A DNA stretch of 63,143 bases, the filler included, from Reticulomyxa filosa (taxonomy: Eukaryota > Protista > Foraminifera): the NCBI GenBank assembly GCA_000512085.1. It is 15 parts of 15 records of this genome, joined end to end, with 100 filler letters (N's around TTAATTAATTAA, not from the genome) between each part and the next. Parts side by side here need not be neighbours in the genome. Positions count along the whole stretch, not along the records: positions 47,562 to 52,305 come from ASPP01018827.1; positions 52,406 to 53,642 come from ASPP01019317.1; positions 53,743 to 63,143 come from ASPP01019627.1; 12 more parts are not named here. The stretch is one strand, 5' to 3'. Below, one piece after another: positions 50,083 through 60,545 of this stretch. Position numbers and translations under genes: made by a program. A model generated the notes under the pieces. The model saw only the letters and a program-made list of their open reading frames with translations. It did not search any database and was not told the DNA's origin. Each line of letters starts with the position of its first letter. The stretch's first letter is position 1.

Positions 50083-52305
50083 TCAGAATGAATTTGCTCT
50101 CCAAAAGCCTTTACATCCATCGTTTTTTTCATTTGCATCTTTATTGCAGCATGACCACACAGCTACACAACCAGGAGAGCTTGTTTTGTCATTGCAACAA
50201 CCATAGCGTTGAATACAGCCAGGGCTTTGACCAACTTTTTCATGACAACAGACACGAACACAGCTTTGAGTTTGAGCTCTAGTATCTAATCCACAGCACG
50301 TATATTTTTGAGAACAACCAGTGGTCATTTCTTTTTGATTACAGCAATTGAACAATCGGTCAGTGATGCATCCCAAAGAATCAACTGGTTTTTTACAATT
50401 TTCGCATTGTCTAGTACATCCTTGTTCTCCCTTATTTCGATCACAGCATCCATGTTTTTCTTGATACGTTGTTTCTACATAACATCCAGTGCTGGAATCA
50501 TGATAGTTTTTTGTTCCACATTTTTTACACACATTTTTGCGCTCTTCAAAGCATTTTTTGCAGTATTGCAACATACATCTTGTACATTTGTGTCTCCAAG
50601 CTATATAATATCCAGCATTAGAGTTATATTCTATACGACCTGCCAAGTATCCACATACACAACAGTTACCTATTCTTTGGATGTCTTCTTCTGCATCACT
50701 CCGATCTATGTTATATCAAAAACATATTTATCTTACATTCTATGTCGATTCGAGATAACAAATGAAAATGCCATTGTCTAAACTTTTAAGGTTAGGGCCA
50801 AATTCACTTGGACTTCCATCAGAACAAGAACATCTGAAGAAGATGTATTGATGGTACTTTGTAATAATAGGACATTTTTGAAAAGAGCTTGATGTATGAA
50901 CCCAAGAAGTATTATTACAATGAGAATAAACAGAGCGCGTAGATAATGGATGATAATTGACTGTATCCCCATTATGACACAATTGATCACAAGGATGTAA
51001 TTGTATCAATGGCATTGTATGCCGATATTGAATAACACCGGGATGAAAGTAAGCCAATTTGGCAGTTGCCACATTGGTAAAAAATGGTTTGCCCTCGTCG
51101 TGATACCATTGATTCAATCCGGAGCCACTACGAATCACAAATGTTTTCACAGGTCCATTGCACCACTTTGCAGCTCCAATTGAGGTTGACCTCACGAATG
51201 GAACTGTATCTTCACGAAGCCATTGAACAAAGTGTGATGAGCTATTTTTAGCAAACGTTAGTCCGGTATCGTTCCACCAATGACTTAATGGTTTCTCCAA
51301 TGACATCATTGGACTTGCAGACCAGCCATTAATACGTATACAACTTGTAGTGTGTGACACAAATGTTTTCAATTCTTCGTTGATCCAAGAGTGTGATCTT
51401 TTAAATGTTTGAGTCACAAAACTGGCCGCAGAATCATCAATCCATGTTTGGAGACCATTTATCGTATCTTTTGCAAAAGGTGTCACTGTATGTTTCATCC
51501 AATTGCCAACTTGTTGTGACGCACGTTCAGTAAAAGGTTTCCCACTATTATCCCACCAATTTGTGACCTTATTTTTGACTGGAACTACGTTTTTGTCCGA
51601 CCAATTTGTGAACCCATTTTTGATTGAGGTTACGTTTTGGTCTAACCAATTTGTACATTTATTTTTGATTGGAGTCACATTTTGATCTAACCAATTTGTA
51701 CATTTATTTTTGATTGGGGCTACGTTTTGGTCTAACCAATTTGTGAAATTATTTTTGATTGGAGCTACTTTTTGATCCAACCAATTTGTACATTTATTTT
51801 TGATTGGAGTCACATTTTGATCTAACCAATTTGTAAACTTATTTTTGATTGGGGCTACGTTTTGGTCCAACCAATTTGTAAACTTATTTTTGATCGGAGC
51901 TACGTTTTGCTTCAACCAAGCTCCAGCCTTTTGTCCAATAGTATTCCCAAAATTCATGACTTTTGGTAATAATAGACTGCCTCCAAAGTTTATTAAATTT
52001 TCTCCAATGCTATTCCAATTGTTTGTTTTCACTGCATTGTACACAGTCTTTGCAGTATTTATCAATTTGCTTGCTCCCAGTAATACTGTACTTGCTCCTC
52101 CGCTCACAAAACATGCACCCAGTTCAAGTCCTTTTTGTAATGAGCCCCATGGATCCTCTTTTATTGCTGTCCAACATTTTTTTATTGTCCCTATTGGATT
52201 TGTCACTGCTTCCCATGCACTTTTCACTGTCTGCTTTGCCATATTCACTACTCCTGTCGCCATGCTTTTTATTGTTTCTACTGGGTTTTTCACCATATCC
52301 CATGC
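50083..52305 (-). CDS. Amphipathic-repeat + Cys/His-rich zinc-ladder protein, 2 exons (5' truncated)
   Basis: 518-aa and 187-aa ORFs can be joined in phase by a short GT-AG intron (~50707-50783), giving ...PNLK|NRSDAEEDIQRIGNCCVCGYLAGRIEY... Confidence 0.75.
51562..51921 (-). repeat. 45-bp coding tandem repeat, 8 units (NWLDQNVAPIKNKFT)
   Basis: Directly visible repeated units containing ccaatttgt...tatttttgattgg. Confidence 0.95.
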
Positions 52306-52405
52306 NNNNNNNNNNNNNNNNNNNNNNNNNNNNNNNNNNNNNNNNNNNNTTAATTAATTAANNNNNNNNNNNNNNNNNNNNNNNNNNNNNNNNNNNNNNN
52401 NNNNN

Positions 52406-52700
52406 GCCGTTTTTAACATCATCAATTACGTTCGGTTCTAAGTCAACCTTTTTTTTCTTCTTTGTTATACGTATCACGGAAAAACGGTTCATAAATAGAG
52501 CATTTAACTGCCAGATTACGATGAACAAATTGTCCACTACCTGTCTCTTCAAAGAAAACCTTAAAAGAGTCGTCATTTACTGCACTTTCTTTTCTTTTGC
52601 CACCGTTATCAATTGCGTGTTCTGCGCAATATTGTTCACAAATGGCATTTCCTAATTGTATACCGGCTTGGCCGACTTCAATTGTGAGAACTTCTCTCAT
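52406..52700 (-). CDS. Divergent alpha-tubulin (foraminiferal alpha-2-like), 5' fragment
   Basis: MREVLTIEVGQAGIQLGNA...DDSFKVFFEETGSGQFVHRNLA|VDLEPNVIDDVKNG. Confidence 0.85.
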
Positions 52701-53509
52701 TTTAGTTGTAAAAAAAACAACAATTAAAGGACAATTAAAAAAAAAACCAAACGAACGAGCAAAAAAAAAAGGAACTCAAAAAACTCCAATTCTTTTCAAA
52801 AACTAAGGGAGTTCTTCCAGATTGAGACTCAACTGCACTGTTGTTTGTTTCATACAACTTAAAAAAAAAAAATACTTTTTCAAATACTCTTTCACGTAAT
52901 AATTAACTACAAAAAAGGAGAAACTTTAAAGAAAAGCCAACATTACATTTGTAAGACAAGATCACACTTGTACGTTGAATAAAAAATTAATTTAAAAAGG
53001 AAAATTAATATTTAAAGATGAATTGGTCAGTAAATATCTGGTTTTGGAAGGTCGCCATGTTATGAAGCAATGCAATCATAGCGCGATCGCACAATGAACA
53101 GAATAAAGTACATTAAAAGATACTAGAAAATGCACCAAGGTTTGTGGTGTATGCACTTGTCATGTCAATACCAACTGCACTCATTAATGCACACAGCCAC
53201 AGTCCGAACGCTATTTCAAACTTCAGCCCATACAAATTTTTTTTTTTGCTTGAAATCTCCTTATTTCCTTTCTCACGAGTACTAGCACAGCAACTGTAAA
53301 GAAAATTAATTTGTTGTTGAAGTTTGACAAAAAAAAAAAAAAAACCAGCTGATACCCAAAGTTTAAAAAAAAATGCAATATGCATATCAAGCAATATATC
53401 CCATATTTTTTCAGAGACTGAGAAAAAAACTGGAGTTAGCTAAAAACTAAATTATTAACGACAATTGCATTTTTTTTTTTGAAGAATTTTTACAAACTCA
53501 ACGATTACC

Positions 53510-53642
53510 TTTCGTGAGTGGCGCATAAGTGGTGAGATCCTTTTTCCAGCAATGAATGCTATGGAAAGCTCTGCTGTATCATCGATGGTTCGAGTACAAC
53601 ACGACAGCCAAGGATGCTTTAGCGCGTGAGCAGCAGAGGCAC
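53510..53642 (-). CDS. C-terminal end of a protein kinase domain (fragment)
   Basis: ASAAHALKHPWL (kinase subdomain XI end) followed by a GT donor. Confidence 0.55.
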
Positions 53643-53869
53643 NNNNNNNNNNNNNNNNNNNNNNNNNNNNNNNNNNNNNNNNNNNNTTAATTAATTAANN
53701 NNNNNNNNNNNNNNNNNNNNNNNNNNNNNNNNNNNNNNNNNNTTTTGAAGTGTTGAAGTCTCAGTGAATATTGAGATTCAATTCACCCTCTTTTAACAAA
53801 TTAAAGAAAACTAAAACAAAAAATAAAATTTAAACACTTATTATTAAAGAAAGCATATTAATGTGGTTG

Positions 53870-54830
53870 CTTTTTGTCTTTCGCCATTTGCTTTTCTGTA
53901 GTTGTAACGTCATTGTTTTGATGCTGCGAATTAATACTATTGTGTTGTTCTTTATTTACATCATTTCTTCTTATGCCAAATTTTTCCTTAAATGTAAATT
54001 ATTTTCTATATCCTACTTATTTTTCTGTCTATAATACATTTTGTTACCTTTGAATATCTTTTCATTGATGTCGTTTGTGCCAATTTTTGTTCCGATTTAT
54101 CATGTGTTTTGCTTGTCTTTCATCATCGAACATGTTCTGTGTCTTTTACATTGCTATTTTTACTTCATTCAGTGTTGCCTGATTTTATTTATACACAAGT
54201 CTTCTCAAGATTCCAACCAATTCTCCCATTAACACTTCATCCGAAGGTTTTAACCTCTTTCTTGCTGGAACATTACATTCGATCGGGTATTCTAGTCCCA
54301 ACTTTAATGCAAAATTTGCTTGTTTAAAATATCGGCTGGTCCCTCGTTATGTCTCGTGCTAAATTGTTCTGAAGTTCTTTCTTGTATTTGATGTTTGCCT
54401 CCAAATATTTTATACATCCAGTACATCAATAAGTTAAATTTGTTATAAGTGCCATTTCTTGAACATCGCTCGACATATATTGTGACGCTACGTATTTCTT
54501 ACAAAATTCATCATGAATTTGATATGTAGATTTCCACGCTTAAAGTTGTCTTCGCCAACGTGGAAAATCATCTATGTTTCAATTGAAGATATATCGAAAG
54601 TGATTGGATTTTCAATTGCCAACTTCATTACCTCGTAGTCTGAATGGCGAATATCAAGGTCTACTATAACATCATTTCATAATTACATACTGTTGATTCC
54701 TCCGTTCCATTGACGTTCAAATACTTATAATATGGACTTGCCCACACGATTTTTTTTTGTTGTTATTCGTTCGCTAAACAGTTGGTGCCAAACGCGGGAC
54801 GTTTGATGCTAATAAGATACTGCGCTAAAT
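53870..54830 (-). pseudogene. Decayed coding sequence of unknown family
   Basis: Protein-like fragments (IDDFPRWRRQL*AWKSTYQIHDEFCKKY) interrupted by many stops. Confidence 0.3.
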
Positions 54831-55266
54831 GTAATACAAAAAGGTTTACTCAAAAAGATCGGTTTTCGTCAAAACAAAAGTAAAATAAATAAAATATAAA
54901 TGACCCAATAAAAGAAAGAAAACATTGAAGAAAATTATTGGATAAGTTTAACCCAATGTGGGCTCCTCGACTCTTTCATAGTTCAGCCATCTATAGTATG
55001 GACTTGACGTACATATTTATCTTATTTTCGTTGCTAATCAGATTTTTGCAATTACTAATATTCATACAAAAAAAGCAAGCTAAACTGAATTAAAACAATG
55101 CCAACATATCAATCTTAGGATAAATCAGCATATCAAAATCAAATTTCCTCAACGTGTATTGTGTGAGTTAGTACACTTTTGTTTGAGCAGTCGTGTTTGG
55201 GTCGTTGAGAACTATGGAATTTTTTAAAATAAAATTATTGGTCTAGAAAATAAATAAAAGACAGCA

Positions 55267-56834
55267 ATGAGCAATTCATACCAAAGTACAACAGCTATTT
55301 CAAATTCAAAATCCTCGAATAAAACAACCGTGATTGCTGTGGTTGTAGCTGCAGTGGGTTTTGCGCTCTTGGCTGTTGTTGTTATGCTAGTAGTACGCTG
55401 GATTCGTGAGCGTGCGAGAAAAGTTGAAGAAGCAACCAAGGGAATTGATCTTCCAAAAGTTATAAACAACTACCATACATCTTCGAAAAGATACATGCTG
55501 TGTACGTCATGCATAGTAATTTACTCTACGAAAAACTTAATGTGCCAAAACAAACAAAAATTAGGCAATGTCACAAAAGAGTTTGGACGAAACAGAGAAT
55601 GATCGAATATTGACCAATATATTGGACAAAAACAAGAAAGATCCCACCTTTACGACAGGAGTGAATTTACAAACCCAAAAAGCAGCGGTGAGTCAGATAT
55701 TTTTGGACGTTTTGAAGGAAATAGTGTGACTTGTATCGTCATAAATAAGACTTTGTAATAGCCATTATAAAACATACATGTACAATTGATTTTTTTTTTT
55801 GGGTGATGTAATTGATGTCTGTGGGAAAAAAACAAGAATCAAAATGGTGAAACAAATGCGACGATGGCTGAAATAAGAGCAGTAACAGTGAAAGCATCAG
55901 ACCCTCCACCGGTAAATCCAATCGAACAGCCGTTGGAACAAATGCCACAATTGGCAGAGGATAGTAGCGAGAGTGGCGGAGAAAATGGAGCAGACAATGG
56001 AGGAGTATTCAAAAAAAAGCGTTCGCAGAAAAAGATGGAGGAACAACAAAAACAGGGCCAAATCAATAAAAAAGAAGTGCATAAGGATAAAAGCAAGGAC
56101 AAGAAGAAAGATAAAAAGAACAAAGAAAAAAAAAAGATAAAAAGGATAAGGACGAATCAGAATCCGATTTGGAAGAAGATGGTGGTGAAGAGACTGATTC
56201 CTCCAGTTCTGCGATTCTTGCTGCTGTGACTGCAGCTACTGTCGTGGCTGTTGATAAAGTTGTGGATGTAAACACATCCAATAAACCAATCGATTCGATA
56301 GAACAAGAGAAGGGCAAGCACAATGATCGAGAAAATCTGCCTCAAATGCAAGATCTTGGTCGTGTTGGTAGTGAAGACACTGAGATTGAAGAATTATATG
56401 AAAAAGACAGTGAGCAGAATAATAACGACAACAAACACAATCCCAATAATAATCACAGTAATAATAATCACAACAATAATAGTGATCACAAGGGAAATGG
56501 AGTCCCGGTAATGATTACAGTCGTGTCAATGGACCACCTGCCCGAAGAGAATGCAAGTCCAGTTGACAACGGAACAAGCTCTGTTCGAATATCGATGGCA
56601 GTGGAGGAGAATGCACCTCAGCAACACTCACAACAACAAGATAATCCGCCCTCGTTACAGAATAATTTCGTTTCAGTGGCCAATGTTTATAAGAGTAGAA
56701 CGCCTGGCCAATATCCCCCTAGCTCCTCTGATAATCCAAAAAATAAAGGTAATCGTGATAGAGCCGATGATGATATCGATGGCTCGGATGACAGTGAAGA
56801 ACAGGATGAATACGAAGAGATGTACAAACAATAA
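55267..56834 (+). CDS. Single-pass membrane protein with a long disordered cytoplasmic tail, multi-exon
   Basis: TM VIAVVVAAVGFALLAVVVMLVV then RWIRERARK; Lys-, Asn- and acid-rich exons; frame change near 56130. Confidence 0.65.
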
Positions 56835-57254
56835 TTTTGTTCTTGTTCTGTTGTTTTGTTCAGCCTGATTCGATTTGTTTCGGTTGTATTTTTGTTTTCG
56901 TTTTATTTTTGTTTGTTTTTATTTTCTGGGTTGACAACTGCCCACAAAAAATTATTTGAATATCAAGAAAATCTTTTCTCCACTTTGTTTAATTTGTGGG
57001 TCGTTGTTAACCCTTCTTTTTCTTTGGTTTAGTCAAACAATATAGTATGTTTTGTAAATATCTGATCTTTTTTTCTCTTACCAAGTAGGACTTGACCAAC
57101 ATTCAATAGCATTTTCACGTTGAAAATTCAAATTCGTCTTTCAGAATTTTTTTTTTTCAGATTTGACAACTTTTGGATACCCTTTTGCAAATTTTGAAAA
57201 AGATAGCCCTGAGGTTTTGTTTGGTTTTGGGGCACGTGGAGTTCTGATTTATTT

Positions 57255-59496
57255 ATGAAAAATACAATGAGATCAACATTGAATATAGTATTACTTTTCG
57301 CTATTTTTGTACAATGCATGCTACAATCCGTAGATGGAGCGAGTATGTTTTGTCTCTCGCTTGTCTAGTAAAACAGTGTGCAAATACGTATACTTTGAAA
57401 AACTGAATAGATAACACCACAACTACCGAAGCGTCAACCTCTTCGACATCTATCTCCTCGACATCTACCTCCTCGACATCTACCACAGCAAGTGTTGCAT
57501 CGTCCTCGTATTGCGTGTCTCCATTAGTGTTTTCAAAGTATCAACCAAATCCAATATCCGACGCGGGAAGTTTGTAAAGATAAACACGTTTTATTTGTCT
57601 TTTTTTTTTGGAATGTTGCAACAAATGAAAGAATGCACCTCTATGGTTTGTTAACATGGCTATAGAAAAGTCAAATCTTGGTGTATCGATAGCCGGTTGT
57701 GGATTAGAATGTGAAAAAGGGGCACTAGTATATGGTTTATCAAGCGCTCAACAAGATGCTGTAGACGGATTTAAGATTGCAGGGACAGTTGGAATATTTT
57801 TGGCACTATTGTTTTTGTTTTTAAATCAATCCTTCGATCATGCGCAATCCACCGAACCATTTTGGAGCAAGCCGCTGATCTATCACATCCCTTATTTCAT
57901 TTCCGTCTCAGTCTTTTTCCTGTTCGTTTGTTTTTTTTTTAAGCTTCAAGTACCACCTCAGCTGTGTGTGATGTGTGTTTGAACTGGAAAAGTGTGTTAT
58001 TGATGACACTTGGCGAAGTCACTGGCAAGTCGGCGATTCTTTGCAATAAAGGAGAAAATTCATTTTCATGTTTTGTGAAAACACACATCTTCAATAAAAA
58101 AAAGAACAAAACACAATATAAATAACAAAATAACAATCCTCATTTAAAAAGTTTGGAATCCAGGAATCGGTAAAAATGGGGGATGCACAACTCATGCATT
58201 TTTTTTTTATGGATCACTAATGTTTTATTTCTGGTATACGGTATTGTTGGGATTTGCTATATTTCGACAGTTTTACAATCCCTTGAATCCTTTTTGGGGC
58301 GTACCCAAATGGATCTGGCATGCATTAGTTGTTGTCATTGTGATCACTTTTGAAATTGCGGCACTGTCTACGGATTCCATTGATGGAATATGGCCCATGG
58401 GAGTGTGTTTACCGGGGCCTTCCGACAAGGATTTACTATTAGCCTATGTAGTCATTCCAACCACTGTCTGCACGTGTTTGGTGTTCTTCTTTCTCCTTGC
58501 GTGTTTATATTTGATGCGCAAAAATATCAAATCACAGAGACAAGTATCCAATTCTGGTATCGTTACACATGTCGCTGATTTAGCGAAACGAATGGTGTGG
58601 TATGTCGCTTTCCACAAAATATATATGATATATTTTGTAACTTTTTAAAGGGGAAGGAAGGAAAAAATGTAAATGACAACTATTAATTTCACGGTGGGGA
58701 ACAAGGTACACCGTTGGAGTCATGTTGGCAATGATATTGTTAACAATAACGGAATGGGTGTTTTGGAGCAATCACACTGCGCTGCGTTCATCAATGTTCT
58801 CTCAAATTAAATGTGAGTTGGAAAATCATTATTATACTCAAGCCTATGCCGCTTTACATCTCGTGTACCCAGCTCAACCCTGTGCCCGTACACACACAAT
58901 AAGTCCATTTTGGTTTATTTCTTGGGTTATTTCTTGTGCGTCTGCTGTTTCTGCACAGCTGATTTTGTCTTGCCATGCAAAGACTCGCTCACGTTTACAA
59001 CGTGTCACCACCAAAATATTTGATGAAATTAACTTGTCCAAGAAAAAGTCGACCGTTGATTTTGATGACGATAATAGTTTTGTTTTATTTGCTCATTTTA
59101 TTTCAAAAAATATTCACTGATGTAACATAGCTGTCTTTTAATGCTTTAACACTCCAATCATGTTTACTAGTTAAAAGCGGTTCCGATCGTGACAATCATG
59201 GCCGAAAAATTACAGAATTTGAGCCTGAGATTCAAATGAATGCAGTCAAAACTTCAACTCAAGATAATATCAATACTGCTAACACAAATGTTGACAATAC
59301 CACCACTAATCCTCCACATTCAAATATTGCATCAGCTGGCCAAGGGTCAGATCGCACACAAGAAACTGATCCCACTTCTACACAACCCACTTCTTTGGAA
59401 GTCAATCCAAGCGGAGGCCAGGAAAGCCTGAGCCCTAAAGAAGAAGAGCCGCAACGCCTTGATGAAAATGCAAATGAGTACTCAGGAACTGATTAA
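57255..59496 (+). CDS. Frizzled/Smoothened-like 7TM receptor lacking the cysteine-rich domain
   Basis: Signal peptide MKNTMRSTLNIVLLFAIFVQCMLQSVDGA, Ser/Thr stalk, CVSPL and GCGLEC linker cysteines, GCTTHAFFFYG, IDGIWPMGVC, seven hydrophobic segments over several exons. Confidence 0.75.
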
Positions 59497-60545
59497 AAAG
59501 CTGCCACCATGTTGTAATAAAAAGTATTGGCATAAAAAATGAAAATAACAATAAACAATGCCATTTGTTGTAATCTTTTGTTTATATTGAAAGTTTTTTA
59601 TTAAACACTGAAGGGCATTGTAGTCTTGTGATTGTGTTTATTTTTTTGGAAAGCTGATGTTTGTGGTATAAGAGAGACAACATGTACGACAATCCGTTTG
59701 AATTTTGAAAATTGCAAAACTAAGAAAAAAACAGTCGCAACTTGCTTTCACAATTATCTGTTTAATCTGTAACGTTTTTTATCATTTTTTGAGAGTGGTT
59801 ACTTTTCTGGCGTAGATATGTTGCCCGAAATCGTAAGTAATGAATAAGATAGATTAGTGATATAAAAAGAGTTCATCCATAGAATTATGGTACGCACATT
59901 AAAATAAAAAGTGAAAGCCTTTATCAAGGCGTTGTGTGTTGTTTGGTATGATGCTTGCCTTCTCGAAACCAAAATTACAAAAACACACAACCCACATCTT
60001 CCTTCTCCTTCAAAAAAATAAAAAACAAACGAAAACAACCCAAACAAAACATATCAAACCAATGACACATAAAATTTATAGTAGGATACAAAATAAAAAG
60101 TTCAGATTACTCCATAAAAAGTATGAAATGAAACTAGAATACGTAGGTCATTATTTATTATCGCATATGCTTTTTTTATCACTAAAAAAGTGATTCAAAT
60201 AAAACATATTTACACACAAAAAAAAAGGCAACAATATGTTGCATGTAGTGATTCTCTTCCCTTTTTCCAAAACAACCATTCTTGTCTTTATTACTTTAGA
60301 AAAACTCTGGCAAACGAACAAACTTAACTATTATCCACTTTTTTATGTATTTACTCGTTCATTCTTTTGTTTTAGTTTGAAGAATTAGCGGAAGAAGGAG
60401 AAGAGGAAAACAAAAAACCAACTTATTGTTGTGTTTCGCGAATGTTGAGTTGCTAAACAGTGTATATGTTTGAACAAATACACAACATATGAATAATAAA
60501 AGTTAGTTTTTTTAACACCAGTAAAATAACAAACAAAAAAGGAAA

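Noticed and set aside
51562-51921. CRISPR-like array
   Set aside because: Head-to-tail 45-bp in-frame coding repeats with no unique spacers and no cas genes
53560-53642. tRNA suggested by GGTTCGA
   Set aside because: No cloverleaf pairing; the segment reads as a kinase exon on the minus strand
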